DNA of 64,000 bases from Octopus bimaculoides (Eukaryota), in NCBI RefSeq assembly GCF_001194135.2, contig NC_068983.1, positions 118,594,632 to 118,658,631 on the forward strand, given 5' to 3'. How positions within the stretch are numbered: the stretch's first letter is position 1; each line of letters begins with the position of its first letter. A program made the position numbers and the translations under genes. Below, piece after piece: positions 24,940-38,256 of this stretch. The notes beneath the pieces are model-generated. The model had not been told where the DNA came from, made no database searches, and saw only the letters and a list, made by a program, of their open reading frames with translations.

Positions 24940-25840
24940 CACATACAATAATTTCTTAGATATTGCGGTTGTTACATTCCAAAACACCGTGATAGGTGAA
25001 AATCCATGAAGCAGAAACAGTACTTTACTGTATATTTTTTTAAATTATTTTTATAATTTGTATATATATATTTTATTTTATTATAAATGCAAGACACACC
25101 CCAGAGGAACTGATGTAAGCTTAATTAATAAACTGCAATAGGTGAACTGCAATATGACGAGGGACTACTGTATATACACATGTATACGTATAATCTTAGA
25201 GTGTACCAATAATTGCTTAAATTAGAAATTAGAAAAGAAATCATTGAATAAGTAAATAGAAATAGAAAACAAAGTGAGATGGTTACAAACAATGCGAGTC
25301 AGAGTATACAAGGAGTGGGTAGATAGTCTTAACAGCTCTTAGTGGCAAACTGTATTGAAGCGCATGTATTACAGCAGGTTTGAATATTACAACCCTGAGT
25401 TGGTAGTTCATTACATTATTTACTATGTCAGTTTAATTGATTCTCAAACTGACACAAATATTTTGGTATTAAATTACACAGTGACTTGACAAATGGCAGG
25501 TCACTTTTACGCAATGTGTAACCCAGTACAACCTGTTGTACTGGGTTGCAATGGTTGAGTTCTGAGTGACTAAACTGGCAACCCCATCAAGCTTGTTTGA
25601 TGAGGAGGGTGACTTTTTGAACACCATGTAGGATGTAAAATAGAGACCCATCCAAGAATAGTGGAACTGAGGAAAGCCAACAGCCACCTAACATAGCTAA
25701 AGATAAATGGTGCTCACCAATTATAGTGAAGACAATCTGTCTAGGAGAAAGAAATCTCTGAAACAAGATCTGTTCAGTGAAGACCTGCAACCAGCTGATA
25801 CTATTTTGCATAGAAACAAACATGAAGATGTTATAGTACC

Positions 25841-25858
25841 AGACGACGACGACGACGA

Positions 25859-25924
<66 letters not shown>

Positions 25925-25939
25925 TTATTACCATTATTA

Positions 25940-26003
<64 letters not shown>
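25841..26003. repeat. Compound trinucleotide microsatellite (GAC/TAC/TGC/TAC/TAT)
   Basis: Directly visible; source of the poly-D/Y/C and poly-V/N/S pseudo-ORFs. Confidence 0.95.
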
Positions 26004-26004
<1 letters not shown>

Positions 26005-26006
26005 AT

Positions 26007-26222
26007 AGCAGTGAGCTGGCAGAATCGTTAGCACACTGGCTGAAATGCTTAGCAGTATTTCGCTTGTCATTACGTTTTGAGTTCAAATTTCACCAAGGTC
26101 GACTTTGCCTTTCATCCTTTTGGGGTTGATAAATTAAGTACCAATAAAACACTGGGGTCAATGTAATTGACTAGTCCTCTGTCCCCAAATTCCAGGTTTT
26201 ATGCCTATAGTAGAAAAGGTTT
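26007..26222 (+). mobile_element. SINE family C (gcagtgagctggcagaatcgttagca.. head)
   Basis: B box gagttcaaattt, then gtcgactttgcctttcatcctttt. Homologs lie at ~13430-13620, 36091-36325, 44200-44290, 20340-20630 (two opposed pieces) and 53770-53990 (-). Confidence 0.8.
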
Positions 26223-26244
26223 ATCATTATTATTATTAAATTAC

Positions 26245-26391
26245 ACAGTGTGGTAAGAAGCCTGTTTCTCATCCATGTGGCTTTGGATTCAGTCCCACTG
26301 CACAGCATCTAGGGCAAATGTCTTCCACTACAGTCCTGGGCCAACCAAAGCCTTGTAAGTAGATTTGGTAGGTGGAAACTGAAGGAAGCCT

Positions 26392-26427
<36 letters not shown>

Positions 26428-26712
26428 GTATATTTATATATATATATATATATATCTGCGTGTATGTCTCTGTCTTGGCATTAATCTCTCTGCCCCACCA
26501 CTTGACAAACAGTGTTGGTTTGTTAATGCTCCCATAACTTAGCAGTTCAGCAAAGAGTGACTGATAGAATAAGTAACAAATTGACTCCAGTACTTATTCT
26601 CCAGGACTACCTGGAGAATAAGTACTGGAGTCAATTTGTTTGACTAAACCCTTCAAGTCATGCACCAGCATGGCTGCAGTTCAATGACTGAAACAAATGA
26701 AAGATGAAAGGT
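26245..26712 (+). mobile_element. SINE family A carrying an internal 31-bp perfect hairpin
   Basis: Matches 43048-43496. Inverted duplication at 26575-26640. Confidence 0.85.
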
Positions 26713-26756
26713 AAACTCATAGAAAAGCCCATGTGGGTCTCATCAGAGTGATGTAG

Positions 26757-27084
26757 TGAAGGCACATAGTTTAGTAGCTAAGGTGGTCAGTTCATGATTG
26801 TAAGGTGAAGAGTTTGATTCCCAGCAGAGCATTGTGTCCTTGAGCAAGACATTTTTATTTCACATTGTGATAGTCCACTCAGCTGGTAAAAATGAGTTGT
26901 ACCTGTATTTCAAAGGGCCAGCCTTGTCACACTCTGTGTGACACTGAATCTCCCTGAGAATTATGTCTAAGGGTATGCGTATCTGTGGAGTGCTTGGCCA
27001 CTTGCACGTTAATTTCATGAGCAGGCTGTTCTGTTGATCGACTCTACTGGAACTCTCGTCATTGTAACTGACGGAGTGCCAGTT
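26757..27084 (+). mobile_element. SINE with family-F head and family-E 3' body
   Basis: 15-bp TSD atcagagtgatgtag at 26742-26756 and 27085-27099. The head resembles 1371 and 7499; the 3' body (caaagggccagccttgtcacac..gacggagtgcca) resembles 1890 and 37869. Confidence 0.85.
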
Positions 27085-29562
27085 ATCAGAGTGATGTAGC
27101 TAATTCAATAGATCTATGATGAAAGACATTGCAGATGTGTCTATCCTGTCTGTCTTTAATTTTCTGTCACACTATACCTAAGACTACACTCTCAATGTGT
27201 TCTCATTCTTATTATGCTCGAAAGGTGTAATTCGAAGAATATTCAAATCTTAGCTGTTTCTAGGAAAGCATTTCTCTCAGTCACTTGTAGAACGATGATG
27301 ATAACAATGATGACGAAGATATAAAAAATTTGTGTGTTAGGTGAAAAGCAAGATAAAAAAGAGGAAGATGCTTATAATAAACCAAGGGAATAATATTTCA
27401 CATTCTGATGATGTTAATTACTGGGTATGATAAAATGTAATTAATAACCCTTTAATAAGTGGATATTTATATTTTTGTCTTGATGAACAGATTGTAAATA
27501 TAATTAGAATATCAGGATAGCAAAGAGGGAAAGAATCAGTGAAATAGCTGGCTGGATAATGTGTATGTGTAACTGTGGATGTATGTATATATATATAGAT
27601 ATATATTATACCCACACATATAATATCATCATCAATTTAATGTCTACTTTACCATGCTTATACACATACCCAACCATGACGACGACGATATTGTTGTTGT
27701 TGTTGTTGTTTTGAGATTCCTTGCTTAATTCTTCTGATATCAAACCTGTCTGAAATTGTTCTGTGTTTTATGATACAAAACCTGAAGTGTTCATATTTTA
27801 ATTAAAACCATCAAAAATAATATTAGGTGAGAATCATTCTAGTAAGCAGTAACGTTCAAACCACAGATCTCTGTAACTTAATTGTTTGGCAAAAGAGACT
27901 GACAGAGTAAGTATGAGACCTAGGAAAATAAGTACTAGGATTGATTTATTTTGACTGAATCCCTTGAAGGCTATGCCCCGGCATGACTGCAGTCCAATGA
28001 CTGAAGCAAGTAACAAAATAAAGGATAATATATAAGCAGTATACTTCATTTCGAAACGCCAGTGTTAGAATGGAGGCAGCTGATGAAGGAAATGTTCTCT
28101 ATGTGGCCTGTGTGTTTTCTGTACTCTGTTCATCATTTGTCTACGTTTTGTTTGCAACGTCCTGTACCCAGATATGCATCTATATATACAGGTAGATGTA
28201 GGTATGTACATACATGTACGTATATATGCATATACGCATTTATTGTTTGTACTTCATTACAAACCTGATCACAAAAGAGTCAAATATCCACCTCCCCACT
28301 ATATATAAACACATGTCTACACACAAAGGACAATTTTATGTATAGATTAGATTGCATTTAAATCTGAAATAAAACTTGTATAAATTGCTAAAGTAACAGT
28401 TGTTCTAGACTGGCTCCATAAATACAAATATATTCCTTTATATATAACTTTGTGTGTGTAAGTGTATGGGTATCCAAGTATGTGTGTAAGTATGTATGTA
28501 TCTGTCTGTCTATGTATGTATGTGTAGATGTTTTCATGAATAAACAGACATACATGCACTCTAAAACTTCCATAAACTTGTGTTCTCTTGGCATCAGAAA
28601 GAAGTCTTTGAGTACAGAGACAGAATCACAAGCCTGATTAGAGACAGTCATGTACAGTATCTGGTACAATACAGAAAACCTGTTGTATTATTGCACCTGA
28701 TGTCGATTAGCACTTGTCATCATGCACCTGCCACCCAACTGAACTGCAATGAAACAAACAAATTAAACAGTAAAGAAATAATGTAAGTTGTGACTTTGAG
28801 GCATAAATTAACACCCACTTGAAGGATGAAAATATTGGAACCATTCCAGCAACTATACCTCACTTCCACACTCTTACATATTATTTATCAAGAAAAAAAA
28901 AAAGGTAAGGTAAAAAAAAAAAAAAAACCTAACACACCATGATGTCACAATTTATTTAGAAACAACTGCGTATTTTATCTGTCACTATTCTGTTAGGCTT
29001 TTTGTAACAACAAACAGCACAATAATAATAACATCTCTTTTGATTAGAAAACCTGGACNNNNNNNNNNNNNNNNNNNNNNNNNNNNNNNNNNNNNNNNNN
29101 NNNNNNNNNNNNNNNNNNNNNNNNNNNNNNNNNNNNNNNNNNNNNNNNNNNNNNNNNNNNNNNNNNNNNNNNNNNNNNNNNNNNNNNNNNNNNNNNNNNN
29201 NNNNNNNNNNNNNNNNNNNNNNNNNNNNNNNNNNNNNNNNNNNNNNNNNNNNNNNNNNNNNNNNNNNNNNNNNNNNNNNNNNNNNNNNNNNNNNNNNNNN
29301 NNNNNNNNNNNNNNNNNNNNNNNNNNNNNNNNNNNNNNNNNNNNNNNNNNNNNNNNNNNNNNNNNNNNNNNNNNNNNNNNNNNNNNNNNNNNNNNNNNNN
29401 NNNNNNNNNNNNNNNNNNNNNNNNNNNNNNNNNNNNNNNNNNNNNNNNNNNNNNNNNNNNNNNNNNNNNNNNNNNNNNNNNNNNNNNNNNNNNNNNNNNN
29501 AACACAAACATGAAGTATGTTTTTTAACCTAGCATAGTCAGTGCAGTTCTAAGACATATGCC

Positions 29563-29641
<79 letters not shown>

Positions 29642-30804
29642 TAGAGAGAGATAGCAAGATGAAGGTTACTTGAAAAGTGGGTCTTTGCTGTGCCAAAGTT
29701 GGCAGGTAGCTATTTCTGCTGGTAAAAATCATTATTGGACCAATGGTAAAAGACATCAACAATGAAATAAAAGCAACAGAAATAAAAAAATCACTGAAGA
29801 GTCAAGTATTGATATTAACGTACACTAAACTATTCAAGCCTAGACACACACATATATATGTACAAGAAGCACACATACTTGCACAACACAATAAATAACA
29901 AACAGACGGATTATATGATAGACATTTCAATTACACTCCACACATCCCATTACACAGTACAAATATTCATAAATATTTAGTATATGTGCATTTATATAAC
30001 GCTTAAAATATCACTATTGCTGATGCCATGTAGAAAGCACCCATTTACACTCTGTAAAATGGCTGGCATTAGGAAGGACACCCAGTCATAGAAATGATGT
30101 CAAAGTGATAGTATAGTTAGGCACAGTCTTCTGGCTTACAAGCTCTGGTCAAATCGTCCGACCATGTCAGTATAAAAAGCCAACATTAAATTATACTGAT
30201 GATGATGATATCTGTCTCTGATTAAAATTGAAATGATTTTGGCATTATCTGAAGAAAAGTAAATTAGAAAGCCCATCCTTCACAACCATTGCCTTCTCCA
30301 GATGTATAGCAGAAGATATTTTTGAGAAAAAATGGAAAACGTGGGGTCCAAGCCTTTCCCAGGGACATCAGTGACTAAAGAAATGTAACATACAATTGGC
30401 AACTGCAACAAAGCAACACACTGCTTTGATGAGACCTTGTTTGCTATTCTACAATGGTCACCCAGAATGGTATTTTGTACTGGTGTTCCAATTTTAATCA
30501 TTTAGCAATTAAACAAGCTATATCTGGCCCAAATATTCTACCTGCTTTATGTTCAAACTGGCCAGATCTGGCCTCTCACACTTACCCTATAATGTCATTC
30601 TAGAAATGATAATCACATCATAAATAAGTATTACATTTGACAGAGTAATCTGAGGGCTTAAATGTTAAACTGTATCGCATATTTCAGAATCATTTCTCTA
30701 GCTTATCAATAAACAAATGAATTAATTTGATTTCTAACAAAAATATCTAGACATAACCTTTTTTAAAGCTGTTTTCAGATAATCACCGTGAATTATTTAC
30801 TTAC

Positions 30805-30871
30805 AAGAGTACCCAAGCCATCAGTAACAATGGAGTTATAGTTGAAAAAATATACATGGTACAATTTGCTA
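30805..30871 (-). other. Candidate signal-peptide-like exon (MYIFSTITPLLLMAWVL, phase 2)
   Basis: Pyrimidine-rich acceptor catcctcatactctcAG, ACCATG at 30857, hydrophobic 17-codon frame, donor TT|GTAAGT at 30804. No phase-matching partner exon found. Confidence 0.22.
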
Positions 30872-31497
30872 CTGAGAGTATGAGGATGAATATAAAAATG
30901 CAAAAATAACAGGAAAATAAGAAAATTATATTTATCAGCCCCAAATATTATAAAGGCTTGATTATTTTTAATATGTACAAAATATTGCAGTCAATGATTC
31001 ACTCATTATTCTAGATTGTTATTTTCTATAATAAATGCTCTATCTAATTTCACAAATGTTGTACATGTATATATATTCAAAACTACCAAAATATATGCAT
31101 AATTTACATTCGGGTACATGATCTTACAAACAGGTTACATACATTTTCTAAAGATTTTCAAGCAACAGCAGGTTTAGTTTGTGCAAAAGCTGCAGTTTTG
31201 CAATATATTTGGGCAAAAGCTAAAAATGTGCATAATAAGCATAATTATTCACATTTATTGCAAAGTTCAAGAACTTTATTTCTTGTATAAGGATGAGAAG
31301 GCACCAACTTTGGCTTTCTGAATTTTCAATCTATAATTTCAAATTATTTTGTTTTTCGTTGTTCGTGTGTTGATGTGCTTGTTTGATTGAAATAGATTTG
31401 ATTGAAATAGATTTTCTTTGCAGCAAAAATACCAAAGGCACCAAAAGTGAAGTGGAAAACTTCCAAATTCTACTGTTGTCATAACAACTAGTGATGC

Positions 31498-31546
<49 letters not shown>

Positions 31547-31767
31547 ATATTATATTATATTTATAATAAATATTATTAGGCTGTGTTATATAAAAAAAAT
31601 TGTTAAAATATTTTGTGTATTGTAGAAGTATAACCAATTTATTGCTCATAAGTTTTAATGACAAAATCTTATATGAACCTCCAAGGGTCATGTGAACCCT
31701 GGATGAGAACCACTGCCCTAACATCTAATCACCAGACACATGTCACCTCCCTCAATACTACTCCCTT

Positions 31768-32270
31768 CCTCAGTTGAGGGGGTTTTGTCTTGCAAGTAAC
31801 TTGGTAACCTTACTGCTGCTGGTGCCACATAAAAAGCACCCAGTACACTCTGTAAAGTAGTTGGTGATAGGAAGGGCATCTAGCTGTAGAAAACCATACC
31901 AAAACAGACAGCAGAGCTTTGTGCAGATGTCTGACCTACCAGTTCCTGTCAAACCATCCAACCCATGCCAGCATGGAAAATAGATGTTAAATGATAATAA
32001 TAATGATGATGATGATGATGATGACAATATATATAATCTTTCTTGTCAGTTAATGTCCTCTTTTCATACTGGTATGGGTCAAATGGTTTGACAAGAGCTG
32101 TCGAGTCAGAAGATTATGCCAAGCTTTACTGCTGCTTAGGTATAGTTTCTATGGCTAGATGCCCTTCCTAATACCAATACTTTACAGAATGTACTGGGTG
32201 CTTTTTACATAGCACACCGACTTCAGTGACTTCACCAAATAACTTGCCAGACAAAACCCCTCAACTGAGG
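31768..32270. repeat. Tail-to-tail inverted pair of family-B SINEs
   Basis: A + copy at 31768-32025 and a - copy at 32050-32270. Both begin at cctcagttgaggggg(g)ttttgtct. Confidence 0.8.
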
Positions 32271-34199
32271 GGTAATAGTATGTGTTAATATTTAAGAGTC
32301 TGTGATATTTTCTCTTCTCCCATCCTCATTCACTTTCACATCTCTCCTTTCTTCCTAGGTCAAATGGTTAGGTGTTACTCACAAAAAAAAAAAAGTATGT
32401 ATACAAATACACTTAGCATATTATATATATTTATTTTCATTTTGCACTACTTTTTTTAATCGCAATTTCATCTCATGTAATAATCTCAGTCAAATGTCAT
32501 CAATCAAACAAGAATCAAAATCTGAATAAGTCTTTAAAATAATCTGATCTTGAGATGTTAGGCTTATCACTTAACTTTTAATATCAATTTAGAAAAGCAA
32601 TGTGCTTTCCTATTATTCTATTTCTGATAAATAAATAAAATACATAAGCCAGGAACAACAAATAAAAAATATCTGAAATGTCATAATTTTTTTTCATTTG
32701 TTGTTTATTTTTAGTGTAAATGCATTTAAAAACAAAACAAAAACATGAGATTTTTATCCTGTTTCAAAATAAAACAGAAATGAACTAGTTTTAGTCTAAA
32801 ATATATCCGGCATGAAGTTATTTCTGCAGACTATTTACTGCTTCAATTGAAATGGTTATTTATTATTTCGTTCTTTTTTTTTTTTCACATAATTATTTCA
32901 ACTAAAAGTTACTAAACTCTTCAAAAAAATATGTCTTTTGTGCTATCTTTTTGCTGGTACATTATGCAGCAAATATGCATCATGGTGATAGAAATATTTA
33001 ACATAGCAGCTTGCTCTAAATAGCAGCAACTTTTAATATTATTTTATGACTTTGAGGAAAAAAAAGAAATATTATAACAAAATTTATAATTCATGTTTAA
33101 AGAAATTTTTAAATAGTTTGAATTCATCACAGGCAAATTGCAAAATAGGTTAACTTTTTTAGCTTAAGTATGTATGCGAGTGCGTGCACACACACACAAA
33201 CACACACATATATATATATATTTATATGTATATGCATATAAATTTATGTATATGTGTATGCATGTATACACACATAAACATGTTTAAATATATATATACA
33301 CACGATACATATATACACACATATACATATACACACATACATACATACACACATGCACATACACACACACACATACACACACACACACACGTACATATAC
33401 AGGTCAATAAAAATGTCGCCAAATTGATATAAAGGTGACTGTTTAGTAAATGTGTTTACTTTATCTTTGCACCATTCTCCTCCTGAGTCAATCATAAATA
33501 TTTAGGTTGGAGATTCCTTCACAATTTCAGGCCATTAACAGCGGAACTATTTTCTACATGTGTTTGTGTGCTTGTGAGTGTGCATGTGTAAGTGTTTTCT
33601 TTATCTAATGGTACCACTGTGATACAACTAAAACTTCAACACAATGTAACGAACTTTTCTTCTCAAATAACTTGGAGTTTTCTGAAATAATTCCAGGTCA
33701 ACATTTAATTTACATATACATACACAGATATATGCATAGACACATGTATAGATGAATATTCAAAATTCACACCCACAAACATATTGATAAAGTTAGTAAC
33801 TATGGTGGTGTACCTAGAGGTTCCACTGCCCAGGGCAGCCCATCAGCTTCACAGCCTACTTCATGACAAACATGATACATCTAAAAACTGCTGTCCAAGG
33901 TGGAGTACCTCATGTTTCTCCCTTTTACATATACAAGTGAATAATATATTAACATTTCTGAACACAAAAACACACACACACACACAATTGCTGTTACTAA
34001 ATAAACAAATAATCTTAGTAGAAGGAAGAGGAGGAAATGTGTCCATGACCTTTGAAGGCCCACCCAGACTGGTGAGAATGACAGGGACTGATAAACAGCA
34101 ACAAATGTTATCAACAACTGCAGTGAAACCCACCAAAGTCACCCAAGTACCAAGTGTAGGTGCTGAATTGAGCAGAGAGTTATTAGATATAGCACCATA

Positions 34200-34470
34200 A
34201 ATGCAGGCATGGCTTCCCAACCACATGGTTCTAGGTTCAGTCTCACAACCCCAAGTCAACTAAAGCCCTGTGAGTGGATTTGGTAGATGGAAAATGAAAG
34301 AAGCTAGTTGTGTGTATCTTTATGTTTGTCCTCCACCTCTGCTTGAAACTGGTGTTGGTTTGTTTACATTCTTGTAACTTAGCATGTTCAGCAAAACGAG
34401 ACCATTAAAAAGTATAGGCAGCATGGTCCCAGTCCAACGACTGAAACAAATAAAATACGAAAGATATAAA
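34200..34470 (+). mobile_element. SINE family A (internally deleted)
   Basis: Head, core and 3' end recognisable. Confidence 0.75.
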
Positions 34471-34924
34471 CTACCAAAAATTGAATTAATGATGTAGCTA
34501 CTACACAATAGTTCAATTTTCTAGAAATAGCAGTTAAATCACCCTCAAATAAAGAAGCATATATTGTGCAATGTAGTCTCCGATCTGCTCAGCCAGGACT
34601 GAAGAGGGAGTAAACAGGCAATAATGCAATTGGCATAGTCTGAGAGAACCTCTACATGGTTGCTCAAGCTGTCAAGGGCAGCAATCAAATCTCTCTCAAA
34701 TCACCACTTTTAACATCTTTAAAAAAAATGAAATAATGTCTGAAAATAAGACAAGATTGTCACAGCTGGACTACCTTTGACAATAGGCCTGCTTGTCCTT
34801 GGGGGTTAATTGATAACACCAACACCACACACACACACACAATTACCTAAAAAGACCTTGACCCGAAACTGCAAATGAAACTAGGATTTATAAATCCTTG
34901 AGTTACAATTATCACTTACTTAAG

Positions 34925-34971
<47 letters not shown>

Positions 34972-35340
34972 GATCCATAGAGTAGATTACATTCAATTAA
35001 GTGGTGGTGATGGTCGGCACTAATACAGTAGCTACTTGACCTGAAAGCAATGGCAAGAGTTTCATTGTCACAGATACTCAATTTCTCATTGAACTCTCAG
35101 TCCATATCATTAAATCCAGTCTTCATGGAGACAATGTTTTCTACACTAACTATTGTTTGCCTAATTCTTTACTGATTCGCTATAGTTTCACACAGTGTAA
35201 AAATTTCTGTTTAAGTTCATTTTTAATTGTTATTGGACTATGCACATGGATGAAGCCAAGTTAAAGGAGACATGTTATAGTGTTAGCTAACTAACTAGAT
35301 TGTATATGTTTTGGTATAAATTTTTATGCTACTTATTTTG

Positions 35341-35559
35341 TTAACCCTTCAACATTTAAACAGGCCATATCTGACCCAAATATGCTACTTGTTTTATGTT
35401 CTAACTAGCCAGATCCAGCCTATCATACTCATCCTTCAATGCCATTATAGAATATACAATCAAAATTTCAAAGCAACAAATTAATGCAGGATTAATTAAA
35501 AACAGTATGAATGAAAAAGCATTACATTTGACAGAATAATCTGAATGCTAAAGGGTTAA
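35341..35559 (+). mobile_element. MITE M1
   Basis: TTAAccc...gggTTAA. Confidence 0.9.
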
Positions 35560-35714
35560 CCTATAATTGAGGTGGTTGTTGTTTAACCCTAGGTTAGGCA
35601 TGATAAAAGTAGGCTTATGATCAAAGGCATTCCAGTCTTGACCAAGTTACACCTTCTACCCACTAGATATAGTGTCTTATGAGTTCTTCATTTTCTAAAT
35701 GGTTGAGGTATGAT

Positions 35715-35942
35715 TTAACCCTTTAGTGTTTAAACCGGCCATATCCGGCCCAAATATTCTACATGTTTTATAATTGAACTAGCCACATCTAGCCTCTCAC
35801 ACCAAACCCACATTGACATTCTAAAAATAAATAATCACATCATTGAGATTTCAAAGCAATGAGATAATGCATAATTAATTCAAAACAATTTGAGTGAAAA
35901 GGCATTACATTTAACAGAGTAATCTGAACATTAAAGGGTTAA
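35715..35942 (+). mobile_element. MITE M1
   Basis: TTAAccc...gggTTAA; 155 bp from the previous copy. Confidence 0.9.
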
Positions 35943-37251
35943 AGAATATTAGCCAGCTATTTCAAGGAAGTTGAATGAATGTGTAGACATCTCTTGGCTG
36001 TATTCATTATCCAGTAACTTATAATTGGCAATGCAGTTGAGGAATTATTGCTGTTATTATTATCATCATCATTATTATTAATATTATTCAAGGCAGTGGG
36101 CTGGCAGTCATTAGCATGCTGGACAAAATGCTTAGTGTGATTTCATCCATTTTCATGTTCTGAGTTCAAATTCTGGTCAGGTCGACTTTGCCTTTCATCC
36201 TTTCAGAGTGATGAAATAAGTTACCAAATGAGCACTGGAGTCGATGTAATCAACTTATTCCTTCCCCTAAAACTAGCACCCCTCCCATTAAAATTTCAGG
36301 ACTTGTACCTATAGTAGAAAGAATTATCATCGTTTTGCGTCTACATCAAATCTTTCAATCATTTCTCAAATCATCCAATCAATTAGAGATATGTGAATCT
36401 GGGATTGTTGTTTATGTGGCTAAAAATATTCTCAAAGCACTGAAAATACTGTTAGCACAATTGTTAGAGATTTTCTAATGGAAGTGGTGATGTGAAGACT
36501 TGTACTGTGACTCCTGGTACTTGGTAACACTATTAAATAGAAACATCCTGGCATACAAACACGATGTAACCATACAATGTATCTAGGTCATCCCTCAGGA
36601 TGCCCCAAACACGTGGATTCATAGGGGTTTTGGTTGCACATACTATAAGAGTCACAGGGCACTGCTCCATGTGGTCCCACAGTTTCCTAGGGTCTCATCC
36701 GTTGTCTTGTATTCAAGATCCTTTGCATGACATCCTGTTAGTTCAAAACCACGAATCTGATCTGGTAGGTCCTGCCAATAACTAAATTCACATCCTGCTG
36801 CCAATGCTTTGATTAATTGTCATTGAGGTTTACTCCTCTAATGGTTAAGGTTTTGTCTGTATCCTACCCTTTGACCCCTTCACAATTCAGGTATGGTGTA
36901 AAATAAATGACTTATTCTTCAAATTAGAGAAATCAACACCTTTCTCACCAGATTATATAGAATATTGATAAGAATTTATTCTTTGCATAGACATTCTGAC
37001 AAAAGTTGTGATGTAAATGCTTTTGCTGTGACTATCCTCAAGCAATGTTTCATGATATGTACATTAATAGAGATGTGAAGTAAGATGTATCAATTCCAAA
37101 TTATTTGAGTGTTGAATGTCTGAATGTTTTTATGTGTTTGTTACAAATAACAAGCTTTCTGGATGACAGTTACAGTGGCATAAAGAGTTGGTTTTGACAT
37201 ATTTAGGTCTGTGAGAATTAATAAGACACAAAATTTCATGGACTGCGAGGC

Positions 37252-37588
37252 CAGTGGTTCTCAACCGGGGTCCATATGGTCTCTGAGGGTCCATATAAGA
37301 TTTTGCAGGGTTCATGCAACAAAATAGTAAATTGGGAATCCACAATGGTATTTTAAGGGACCTTGAACATTTTTTGCTTTAGATGTATATATTTGTACGT
37401 ATTACAAGAAACAACATTTTTTCTCTAACATTATACAACTTACACAAGTTAATATATAAAAAACAAAATCGGAATTTTGAAAGAAGTATCTATAAAACTA
37501 GTTTTTAAACATCAAATGGTGATGGGGGTCCACCAGAATGAAAAAGTAATCAAAGGGGACCATAGATAAAAAATGGTTGAGGACCCTG
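37252..37588 (+). mobile_element. hAT-like MITE (CAG..CTG ends)
   Basis: TIRs cagtggttctcaacc / ggttgaggaccctg. Related copies lie at 2901-3512 (interrupted by a family-B SINE) and 31545-31715. No clean TSD seen. Confidence 0.65.
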
Positions 37589-37868
37589 GTGTTGGCCGAA
37601 GCAGACACTTAAGGAATAATGCCTGCATATACTTAGAAGGTATTTTGACTCTGAGGATATTGTTTCATGAATTTTAAATGGAAACAGTTTTTAGGCAGAA
37701 TGACGAGACATTGTCAGACAGCAATAGGCTAATGAAGCTGAAGTATGCAGATTACATGGCGTCTTGTTTTTGACCAGTTGCTTTGTTAGCATATATCAGA
37801 TGCCTTGTGCTAGAGTTTTCTTTTCTTCCAATTTTTTGAGTATTATGTTCTTGTTATTTGGTTCTTGG

Positions 37869-38256
37869 TGGAGGCGCAATAGCCCAGTGGTAAGGGCAGC
37901 GGACTCGCGGTCATAGGATCACGGTATCGATTCTCAGACCGGGCGTTGTGAGTGTTTATTGAGCGAAAACACCTAAAACTCCACGAGGCTCCGGCAGGGG
38001 ATGGTGGCGAACCCTGCTGTACTCTTCCACCACAACTTTCTCTCACTCTTACTTCCTGCTTCTGTTGTGCCTGTAATTCAAAGGGTCAGCCTTGTCACAC
38101 TGTGTCACACTGTATCCCCGAGAACTACGTTAAGGGTACACGTGTCTGTGGAGTGCTCAGCCACTTGCACGTTAATTTAACGAGCAAGCTGTTCCATTGA
38201 TCGGATCAACTGGAATCCTCAACGTTGTAAGCGACGGAGTGCCAACAACAACAACA
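37869..38256 (+). mobile_element. Young tRNA-derived SINE (family E)
   Basis: Second copy of 1890-2259. TSD atttggttcttgg / atttggctcttgg (1 mismatch). (CAA)n tail. Confidence 0.9.

Noticed and set aside
28030-28200. cgaaacg and ctgatgaagg motifs as a third hammerhead
   Set aside because: The motifs are in the wrong order with no closing stem II-GAAA. Possibly a PLE-related fragment, but no fold can be supported.
33390-33495. ORF MIDSGGEWCKDKVNTFTKQSPLYQFGDIFIDL as an exon
   Set aside because: Weak acceptor, no good donor, runs into a microsatellite, and has no recognisable motif.
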